Below, piece after piece: positions 18,673-26,528 of a stretch of DNA of 64,000 nucleotides (position 1 is the first letter of the stretch; each line of letters opens with the position of its first letter). A program made the position numbers and the translations under genes. This stretch comes from an uncultured Acidobacteriota bacterium (GTDB lineage: Bacteria > Acidobacteriota > Terriglobia > Acidiferrales > UBA7541), in assembly GCA_963812645.1 (NCBI GenBank), contig CAWEVU010000003.1, positions 98,071 to 162,070 of the forward strand, read 5' to 3'. The notes beneath the pieces were generated by a model that did not search any database, was not told the DNA's origin, and saw only the letters and a program-made list of their open reading frames with translations.

Positions 18673-19251
18673 ATGACCCAGAAGAAACAACTCTACATTC
18701 TCGGCGGGCTGCTCGTGCTGCTCGCTCTCGTGTATTTCTTCAATCGCAGCGGCTCGTTCGCGGGTCCCGCCGCGGTAGCTCCCGATGCGAAATTCGAGCC
18801 GTTGAAAGTCGAAGATCCCGCGCTGCGCGTTTACGAGCTCGATAAAGTTCGCAAGGCCGAGTACAAAGGCGCCGAGCATAATATCTTCGTTTACGGACCT
18901 CCGCAGCCAACTCCGGAGCAAATAAAGGCCAAGGCTGCCGAAGCGAACCTCCGGCCGCCTGTGGGGCCGAAGCTCCCGCCGCCTCCGCCGCCTTTGGTGG
19001 TACCGGCAACATTTTTCGGCTACGCCACGAATCCGAAAACAAAAAATCGACTTGCCTTCTTCAGCACCACCGACGACGTCTTTATCGTCGGTGAAGGCGG
19101 CATGCTCTTGAACCGCTATCGCTTGGTGCGCATCGGCAACGTCTCCGCCGATTTTGAAGAGGTCGGCAGCGGTAAACACGCCACCCTGCAGATGACGCAG
19201 CCGGGTGAAACCCCGTCCCAACCGGAGACCGCGCCGCCGCAATCCCAATGA
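18673..19251 (+). CDS. PilP-like protein (TM anchor, Pro-rich linker, C-terminal beta domain)
   Basis: 192 aa with an N-terminal TM helix, a PPVGPKLPPPPPPL linker, and the C-terminal segment FFGYA...RLAFF...VFIVGEGGMLLNRYRLVRIG...FEEV, which resembles the PilP/GspC HR domain. The assignment rests on pattern and position only. Confidence 0.4.
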   Translation: MTQKKQLYILGGLLVLLALVYFFNRSGSFAGPAAVAPDAKFEPLKVEDPALRVYELDKVRKAEYKGAEHNIFVYGPPQPTPEQIKAKAAEANLRPPVGPKLPPPPPPLVVPATFFGYATNPKTKNRLAFFSTTDDVFIVGEGGMLLNRYRLVRIGNVSADFEEVGSGKHATLQMTQPGETPSQPETAPPQSQ

Positions 19252-20392
19252 GATCACTCGGACGCATCTCCGTTCGCATTTTCGGCCGTCCCTCGCGGCG
19301 CACCCTCGCGCGTCAGCGCTCCGGTCAAGAGGGCTACACCTTGTTGTTCGCCGTTTTTCTGGTAGCCGTGATGTTGATTTCGCTCACTACGGCCGCTCTG
19401 AAAATCGAAACCCAGGGCCAGCGCGAGCGCGAGGAAGAGATGGTCTGGCGCGGCCATCAGTACGAGCGCGGCATTCGCCGCTACGTCGCCAAGTTCGGCC
19501 GCTATCCCACCAAAATCGACGATCTGGTCAAAGCCACCAGCGGCGTGCGCTACATGCGCGAAGCCTATAAAGATCCGACGAACAAGGAAGACGGCACGTG
19601 GCGCTTCATCTACGTCACTCCCGCCGGCGCCTTGATCGGCAGCGTTCGCTACACATCCCTGATTCAAATGGCGCTGATGGACAAAATGGCGCAATTCGGC
19701 GGCGCGGGAATGCCGGGAATGGCCGGAATGCCCGGCGTCGCCCGTCGGATCAAGCCCATTTGGCAACACCACTCCTTCGGCGGCTCCAGCGCTTTCGGCA
19801 ATCAGGGTTCCTCTGCATTCGGCAAGCAGGGCTCCAGACATTCGGGCGCAGCTCCGGGCCCGCAGCCGCAGAATCGAATCAGTCGGGCGATCAGGGAACT
19901 CGGACAAGAATCGAATCGTCACGGCGATCAAGCAACACCGGCAACAACAACGCCCCCGGCAATCCGCCCACCGGCCAGAATGCTCCAGGCGGCGGAAATT
20001 CGTCGGCCTTTGGCATCGGCGGCCAGCCGTCGCAAAACGATAGCGCCTTCGGTTTCTCCTCGGGCCCAGGCGGTAGCTCTCCTTTCGGCCAAATGGGAGT
20101 GATCGGCGGAAGCATCACCGGCGTAGGAAGCAAAGTCGAGAAGGCGTCGCTGAAGGTTTACAAAGGCGCAAAGAAGTACAAAGAGTGGGAATTCATCTAC
20201 AACCCGATCGAGCAGCAAGCCCAAGCCGCCGGCGGCATGGGCGGCGGCCTGGTAGGCGGCACGCCCACAGGCCAGCAGGGAATCGGCTCATCGTTCGGCA
20301 ATCCAGGCAGCGGCATGGGCTCCAGCCCATTCTCCCCACAACCCGCTCCCCCGGAGCTCCCCCCAAATAATCCGCAACCGCGAAATCCGTAG
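19248..20392 (+). pseudogene. pseudopilin-like (GspG/GspK-type N-terminus) protein with an xxFG low-complexity tail, split over two reading frames
   Basis: Frame 0 (19248-20102) gives ...QEG|YTLLFAVFLVAVMLISL..., a GspG-like core, then SAFGNQGSSAFGKQG. Frame +2 (open to 20392) continues with ...NSSAFGIGG...DSAFGFSSGPGGSSPFGQMG...KVYKGAKKYKEWEFIYNP. The same repeat motif in both frames implies a frameshift near 19.83-19.93 kb. Confidence 0.55.
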
Positions 20393-20412
20393 TCCGCGCG
20401 CCTCTGCACCCG

Positions 20413-20487
20413 GTGGCAGGCCCCGCATTCTGGATAGAGTCCCGGCACTTTGGTGGCAGCCCCCGCATTTATGCGGGGGAAGGAGCG
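20413..20487. repeat. REP-like element, copy 3 (one ~40-bp unit plus a truncated core)
   Basis: GTGGCAGGCCCCGCATTCTGG...TTTG followed by GTGGCAGCCCCCGCATTTATGCGGGGGAAGGAGCG. The core breaks off into a gene remnant. Confidence 0.7.
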
Positions 20488-20489
20488 GG

Positions 20490-20594
20490 GGCGTCCCCGC
20501 AGTGCTGGGGACCGGCGTGGCGACCCAGCGTATCCGCAGCGGGCAGCACATCACGGTGGACGGTAACAACGGTGTAGTGACAATGAGTGGATGA
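20490..20594 (+). pseudogene. 3' remnant (~34 codons) of a PEP-utilizing enzyme (PEP synthase / pyruvate phosphate dikinase mobile domain)
   Basis: Own translation gives GVPAVLGTGVATQRIRSGQHITVDGNNGVVTMSG*. This matches the conserved GIPAVVGTG...G..VTVDG..G.V end of the PEP-utilizers domain. No upstream part is present. Confidence 0.55.
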
Positions 20595-20834
20595 AGCGCG
20601 TCGGATCCACATTCAGGCCGACGGCCAGGCTCACCCTCGGCGCTGTTGCTTTCCTGCATTGCCCGCTTCCGTTTCGCCCGCCAAGATCATTGTAGTGCCG
20701 ACGAGCCCTGAGGTTTCAACCGCCGGTTAGCCCGTCAGAACGAAGCCGCCCGGCGGCAGACGCTGCGCGTGAGGTGAACGGAGCAGTTTATGGCTAACGG
20801 CTGAAGTAAGTTGTCGGGTCATAAGGAGGTCCTT

Positions 20835-21710
20835 ATGACCAGACTTCGCAAAATGATGCTGGAAGAACTCCAGCGCCGTAATTACTCGCAAGATACCACA
20901 CGCCACTACATCCGCACAGTCGAAGATTTTGCTCGGCGATTCAACTGCCCGCCGGACCGTTTGGGTCCTCGGCACATTCGCGAATACCAGGCCGAGCTGT
21001 TTCAAAAGCGAAAGTTGTCACCGGGTACAGTGATCAACCGCCTCTCGGCTTTGCGGTTCTTCTACACCAAGACTCTCAAAAAAGCCTGGAGCGTCGCGGA
21101 AACTCCCTATCCCAAAAAGCAACGTCGCATCCCAACGATCCTCAGTCAGGAGGAAGTCGCACGACTGATCGATGCCGCCGGCACTGCTTTTCATCGAACT
21201 CTGCTGATAGCACTCTACGCGACCGGCTTGCGGTGCGCAGAGCTGACGCGCCTGAAGGTCAGCGATATTGACAGCCAGCGCATGGTGATTCACGTCCGAG
21301 GCGGCAAGTGGGGCAAAGATCGGGATGTGATGCTCAGCCCCAAGCTACTCGAGGAACTGCGCAAACACTGGCACCGCTTGCGGCGAAAACCCAGTGCTTG
21401 GCTCTTCCCAGGCAACCGGTGGCATACCGGTGATCACCCCATCGATACGAAAACGCCGCGTCACGCTTGCCAGCAAGCCGCTAAGCGCGCGGGCCTGAAA
21501 AAAGCCGTCCATCCACATACGCTGCGCCATTGCTTCGCCACTCATCTACTCGAGGCCGGCGCCGATCTCTACACCATTCAGATCCTGTTAGGCCATCACG
21601 ATCTGAAAGAAACTACCGTCTACCTGCATGTCTCCGAACGTCACTTGAAAGCGACGGCGAGTCCTCTGGACTCGCTCCAACTGAAAAGCGAGTTACCGCG
21701 GGAAGAGTAG
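20835..21710 (+). CDS. tyrosine recombinase / phage-integrase-family protein
   Basis: 291 aa from the ATG at 20835, preceded by AAGGAGG. It has a SAM-like N-domain and catalytic motifs (LRCAELTRL, HTLRHCFATHLLEAG, LGHHDLKETTVYLH). Confidence 0.9.
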   Translation: MTRLRKMMLEELQRRNYSQDTTRHYIRTVEDFARRFNCPPDRLGPRHIREYQAELFQKRKLSPGTVINRLSALRFFYTKTLKKAWSVAETPYPKKQRRIPTILSQEEVARLIDAAGTAFHRTLLIALYATGLRCAELTRLKVSDIDSQRMVIHVRGGKWGKDRDVMLSPKLLEELRKHWHRLRRKPSAWLFPGNRWHTGDHPIDTKTPRHACQQAAKRAGLKKAVHPHTLRHCFATHLLEAGADLYTIQILLGHHDLKETTVYLHVSERHLKATASPLDSLQLKSELPREE

Positions 21711-22889
21711 ATGAATCGGCCGCCCTTCGAGGTGGCCGATCTTATCCGCAGCGCGGGAACTGCATTTCTCGAGCGAAATCGCCAGTGGCTCCGCTGGAAG
21801 CACGTCAAAGTGCTGCTGGCCATTGCGCGCTGTCGTACCGCCGCACTCGGTGGGCATCTCGATCAGTGCACTCGCTGCGGGCATCGCGCCATCTCTTACA
21901 ACTCTTGCCGAAACCGCCACTGCCCGAAGTGTCAGACCGCGGCCCGCGACCGTTGGATCGCCGCGCGTCAAAAGGAACTTCTGCCGACGCGCTACGTTCA
22001 CGTGGTCTTCACGCTTCCGGCGCAGCTAGCGCCCTTGGTGCTGCAGAATAAGAAACTCATCTATGGCCTGCTGCTTCGCGCCAGTGCGGAAACTCTTCTC
22101 GAAGTCGCGCGCGATCCCAAACATCTCGGTGCAGAAATCGGTTTCTTCAGCGTGCTGCACACCTGGAGTCAGAAGCTCACCCTGCATCCCCATGTGCATT
22201 GCGTCATTCCCGCCGGTGGGTTGAGTCCCGATCACACCCATTGGGTGAAATCACAAAACCGGTTCTTTCTTCCCCTCAAGGTGCTCTCGAGAGTCTTTCG
22301 CGGCAAGTTCGTCGCTGGTCTCAAGCAGGCGCTCCAAAATGGCCGACTGAACTTCCATGGAAATCTCGCTCCACTCGCCCAGCCGAAACCTTTCGCTGCG
22401 TGGCTGCGATTGCTGTTCCGCAAGGACTGGGTGGTCTACGCCAAACGCCCCTTCGGCGGTCCCGAATACGTGCTGCAATATCTGGGCCGATACACTCATC
22501 GCGTGGCCATCTCCAACCATCGCCTGGTCTCGTTTACTGACGGGAAAGTCACCTTCCGCTGGCGGGACTCTGCTCACAACAACGAACAGAAGCTCATGAC
22601 TTTACCGATCGACGAGTTCCTGCGACGCTTCCTGTTGCACCTGCTTCCCAAAGGCTTCGTCCGTATCCGCAACTTCGGTTTCCTCGCCAACCGCAGTCGC
22701 GCCGTGCTCCTGCCGCTTTGTTTTCACTCACTCGGTGCAGCACAGCAACCACATGCCAATCAACACGCCTCTCCCCCGAACGATCTCTGGCGCTGCCCTA
22801 TGTGTGGTGGACCGATGGCGGTCGTCGCAAGGCTCACGACCGCAGAAATCCAACTTCGTGCTCCGCCACCGGTCACCGCTGCAGCATGA
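21711..22889 (+). CDS. IS91-family (rolling-circle, HUH Y2) transposase
   Basis: 392 aa. It has an N-terminal Zn-finger (CTRCGH...CRNRHCPKC), an HUH motif (HPHVHCVIP) and a tyrosine motif (YLGRYTHRVAISNHRL). Its start directly abuts the recombinase stop. Confidence 0.9.
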   Translation: MNRPPFEVADLIRSAGTAFLERNRQWLRWKHVKVLLAIARCRTAALGGHLDQCTRCGHRAISYNSCRNRHCPKCQTAARDRWIAARQKELLPTRYVHVVFTLPAQLAPLVLQNKKLIYGLLLRASAETLLEVARDPKHLGAEIGFFSVLHTWSQKLTLHPHVHCVIPAGGLSPDHTHWVKSQNRFFLPLKVLSRVFRGKFVAGLKQALQNGRLNFHGNLAPLAQPKPFAAWLRLLFRKDWVVYAKRPFGGPEYVLQYLGRYTHRVAISNHRLVSFTDGKVTFRWRDSAHNNEQKLMTLPIDEFLRRFLLHLLPKGFVRIRNFGFLANRSRAVLLPLCFHSLGAAQQPHANQHASPPNDLWRCPMCGGPMAVVARLTTAEIQLRAPPPVTAAA

Positions 22890-23617
22890 CACGGCTCTCC
22901 CAAGCTCGGGATTCCTCGCACGCTTCGCCGTGCTCCGTACCCTTGCGTCTTGCCTCGCAACAAATCTCTTTTTCCAATCTCCTCAGCGTTGTCTCCGCCA
23001 TACTCTCTCTCGTTAGTCCGCTCCCGAAGTCTTCTGCCGTGCTCTGCCGCACGACCTTGGCAACCTTCAACACCCTTGTCTCCACCCATTCAATCTCCAT
23101 AGGGCCCGCGTCCGCCGCAACCACGGGCGGCTTCCTTCTAACGGCTTAATCGAACGCGCGAAGAACACCCTGCCTGCCCCAACCCTTTCGCGAAAACGCG
23201 CGTCCGATTAAGCACTAGCGTTATCCGGCCGCAATCGGCTAAAGGTTGCCAATAGGGCTCGCAACTTCCCACAACCGGACTATTGGGTAGTCAGCGACAT
23301 GTCCGGTCACCACGTTTATCAAGCATGTGGATTATTTTCAAATCACACCGATTGTGCGCGCCGTCCCGCTGGTGGCGCAGGAGGCATGTCTCGCACGCAG
23401 TACGGCGAACTGATGGCAGATCAAACAGCCAATTGCATGGACTTGGGCGTCATCAGGGAAAAACCGGAAGGGAGACAGCCGAAATATTGCCGTTGAGCTA
23501 GCTCGGATTTCGAGCTCCGACCCTCATCAGCTTCTGTCCAGACGATCAGCAGGTCCAGACGTATCAAGCCAACACGGCTCAGCACTATCTGACCGTTATG
23601 TGGTATAGCGTTGCCTG

Positions 23618-24136
23618 ATGCAAGCGAGCACGAATTCTCCAGGCACCTCTACCGGCACCGAACGATCGGCCAAGAGCCAGAAGGCGCGCCTGTGGCAGCA
23701 CATTATTCTGTTTGGGCTTGCGGGCGGAATTCTCATCACGCTCCTGAAGTGGACCGAGTATCGCTACCTGGTCATCGAACATTCGATTGAGATCTATGGC
23801 GGACTGACGGCGGCGACGTTTTCGGCGTTTGGCATCTGGCTCGGGCTGCGGCTGACGCGGAAGCAGATTGTCGTGAAGGAAGTGCACGTTCGCGTTCCGG
23901 CGGGGCAGCCATTTGTTGTGAACTCCAAGAAGCAAGAGGAGCTGGAAATTACGCCGCGCGAGCTGGAAATTCTGGAACTGATCGCCAAAGGCATGAGCAA
24001 CCGCGAAATCGCGGAGAAGCTTTTCGTGAGCGAGAACACGGTGAAGACGCACTCGAGCCGCGTTTTCGATAAACTTGGCGCCAAGCGCCGCACGCAAGCC
24101 GTGCAATTGGGCAAAGAATTCGGCTTGCTACAGTGA
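23618..24136 (+). CDS. LuxR-family transcriptional regulator with N-terminal TM segments
   Basis: 172 aa with two hydrophobic helices and a C-terminal GerE/LuxR HTH (TPRELEILELIAKGMSNREIAEKLFVSENTVKTHSSRVFDKLG). Confidence 0.85.
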   Translation: MQASTNSPGTSTGTERSAKSQKARLWQHIILFGLAGGILITLLKWTEYRYLVIEHSIEIYGGLTAATFSAFGIWLGLRLTRKQIVVKEVHVRVPAGQPFVVNSKKQEELEITPRELEILELIAKGMSNREIAEKLFVSENTVKTHSSRVFDKLGAKRRTQAVQLGKEFGLLQ

Positions 24137-24294
24137 ACGCCGCTCCGCAGGACGGCTCTTGAAGGCGGCCACCTCACTCCAAAGCATGATTTGTGGCCCT
24201 CCAGGCCAAAATCACCCGAAAGGATGACGACAATTCCGCAGGAGGCGGCAAGATTGCGCCAGTCCGCAATCTTCAAATGCCGGAGGGAGCGAAA

Positions 24295-24840
24295 GTGAAA
24301 AAGACAATCCTAACGTTCGGGTTGATTTCCGGCGTTATTTCGTCGTCGCTGATGGTTTGCTTTATTCCCTTTTACAACCGGATTGGGAACGATCGGGCCT
24401 TGATCCTTGGCTACACCTCAATTGTGCTGTCATTCCTCCTGGTGTACTTCGGCATCCGCTCGTATCGCGATAACGTGGGGGATGGCCATATCAGCTTTGC
24501 GAAGGGGTTTGGTGTGGGGATCTGCATCACTCTGATTTCGTGCCTGTTCTACGTCGGGACATGGGAAGTTTTGTCCCGCACGGTTTTTCAGGACTTCATG
24601 GACAAGTATTCAGCGGCCATGATTGCCAAGGCGCAGGCGTCCGGCAAGAGTGCGCAAGAGGTGCAGGCGAAAATCGATGAGGTTCAGCACATGAAAGAAA
24701 TGTACGCAAATCCGCTTTACCGTATGATGATGACGTTTATTGAGCCGTTCCCGATTGGATTGCTGATCACCTTGATTTCCGCAGCGGTTCTGAGAAAAAA
24801 GGCGCGGCCGGAATCGGCGCAGACTGCCGCGACGGCGTGA
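24295..24840 (+). CDS. DUF4199-like multi-pass membrane protein
   Basis: The GTG at 24295 lies 8 nt after GGAGGGAG. An alternative ATG is at 24277, and the track ORF starts at 24193. The product begins (M)KKTILTFGLISGVISS and has four hydrophobic segments. The family call is from memory of the LuxR-DUF4199 pairing. Confidence 0.55.
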   Translation: MKKTILTFGLISGVISSSLMVCFIPFYNRIGNDRALILGYTSIVLSFLLVYFGIRSYRDNVGDGHISFAKGFGVGICITLISCLFYVGTWEVLSRTVFQDFMDKYSAAMIAKAQASGKSAQEVQAKIDEVQHMKEMYANPLYRMMMTFIEPFPIGLLITLISAAVLRKKARPESAQTAATA

Positions 24841-24941
24841 GGCGGTGCCGATCGCCGCGTTGTGGTGTTGGGACAATTTGAAATTGAAGCGATGTATTCT
24901 TATTGCCGGACAAAAAGTTATTTGAGAGAGAGAGGAAACGA

Positions 24942-25346
24942 ATGGCTCGAGTGACTGGAATTGGCGGCGTATTCATTAAAGCGAAAACCGACGAGAAAGC
25001 TCTTTGCGAATGGTACAAGAAGAATCTCGGCATCAAGCTTGAAGATTGGGGAGGCTGCGCCCTTGAGTGGACCGAGGACAAAGCAGAGGATAAGGGTGCT
25101 ACGGCATGGGCTGTCGCAGCGCCGGGCACGAAATGGTTCAGCCCGAGTGAATCGAGTTTCATGATCAACTATCGAATCGACAATATGGACGAAATGATCG
25201 CTCAACTTAAGAATGCCGGCACTGAGCTGTTGAAGGGTCCCGAATTTCACGAGAACGGGGTTTTTGCGTGGGTAATGGACCCCGAAGGAAACAAAGTCGA
25301 ATTGTGGGAACCAAAGCTCTGGGACGAAAAAAACAAGAAGGCCTAG
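24942..25346 (+). CDS. VOC/glyoxalase-family protein
   Basis: 134 aa from the ATG at 24942, preceded by GAGAGGAAA. It has the typical VOC N-terminus (GIGGVFIKAKD) and C-terminus (DPEGNKVELWE). Confidence 0.8.
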   Translation: MARVTGIGGVFIKAKTDEKALCEWYKKNLGIKLEDWGGCALEWTEDKAEDKGATAWAVAAPGTKWFSPSESSFMINYRIDNMDEMIAQLKNAGTELLKGPEFHENGVFAWVMDPEGNKVELWEPKLWDEKNKKA

Positions 25347-25450
25347 GCAACAGAGCCGGCCGCGTGGCGGCATCTCATAGCGCTAGTGCCCGATTTGTAC
25401 GCTGTTCATTGACCACTCCGATTTCGATCATACGCGAGCGAACGTTCAAA

Positions 25451-26242
25451 TCAGCCGCTCGGGAAACCGAACATCAACCACGACTGATTAGCAACCCAAT
25501 GCGGGTACAGCTCCGTCATCTGATCGAACAGCTCCTGGTCGGATGTCGCGGTTTTCTTCAGCCGATCGAAGTCCTGCAGGTAACGCTTGGTGTCTTGGAT
25601 CGTCGAGGGAGAGTCGGGCGCGCCAGGCTTTTTGTGACCGGCGACAACAATCGCTGGGTTCAGCGCCGCTAACCGGTCTAGCGCCGCGATCCAATTCTCT
25701 CGGCTCTCGGGGGTGGTGTCGCCGACGTACATGTGGCACTGGTTGTACACCACGTCGCCAGCGACGATCAGGCCGATCGATGGAACGTAAAGAGACGTCG
25801 AATCGGGGCAATCGGTGCGGCCCTGCTCGATGATGCGCAATTCGTGGCCCTCGAGAGTGAACGTGTCGCGCTCATAGGGCTCAGGTGGAACCAGCTTGGT
25901 GGGCACTTGCCCAGGAAAGAGCCGGCGGGCCAAGCGCTCCACTGTGGGAGTAAAAGACATCTGCATGGCCTTCACCGTGTTGGGCGTTGCTATCGCCCGG
26001 GCGCCCGGGAAACGATCGAGCAGAATGCTCAGACCGTAGAAGTGGTCGAAATGGGCGTGCGTTATATAGATGGTCTCCAAGTTGCGGTTGTGCAGAGCGA
26101 TCCAATCCGCGAGAGCCTCGGCCTCAGCCACGGTCCCCATTGCGTCCACCAACACCGCGTCTTAATCGCCAAAGATTAAAGTCGACGTGATCGGGTCAAA
26201 GCCGAGCGCTTCGCCAAATGGCCTCGGCCGCTCGCCTACCAT
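25451..26242 (-). pseudogene. MBL-fold metallo-hydrolase interrupted by an in-frame TAA (26164-26162)
   Basis: The track ORF (25451-26155) contains THAHFDH. Own translation upstream in the same frame gives MVGERPRPFGEALGFDPITSTLIFGD*DAVLVDAMG. This is the expected MBL N-terminus, and its ATG is at 26242. Confidence 0.7.
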
Positions 26243-26528
26243 AGTCTTTCCCGGGGCGGTAAAAACGTTCACACCAAGCGCGTTCGAGGCGCCAGGGGCG
26301 GTCACGCGCGTGGTCTCTTTCGATCCTTTTGTGCCGTCCATTCGGTAGTCCTTTCGATTTCAGAGCGAGTGACCGCTCAAGGAGATCTTGGCAGGAGCGT
26401 GACGACAAGTCTATTGGACGAACGTATCGATCCATACCAAAAGCAGGGATTGAATTATGGCAACCTGTTTTGATTTTCGCGTACGCTGCCAGAGCCTCAC
26501 TCGTTCAATAGCGAAGATTTGATCCGAC

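Larger units (their letters stand above)
20738..23214 (+). mobile_element. IS91-family element carrying a tyrosine recombinase and a Y2/HUH transposase (~2.5 kb)
   Basis: Boundaries come from comparison with the uninterrupted paralogous repeat at 34871-35080. Imperfect inverted ends contain GAAGCCGCCCG (20743-20753, and its reverse complement at 23124-23134). A 16-bp-stem hairpin lies at 23145-23212. Confidence 0.7.

Noticed and set aside
23283-23501. Two overlapping 65-72-aa ORFs between the IS91-like element and the LuxR gene
   Set aside because: They start inside the right half of the 210-bp repeat, have no SD sequence, and have Arg/Cys-rich translations. They are most likely non-coding.
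26196-26435. 79-aa minus-strand ORF upstream of the MBL gene
   Set aside because: It is in a different frame from the conserved MBL N-terminus, which I could read in-frame with the main ORF and which is interrupted only by a TAA. The 79-aa ORF has no features of its own.
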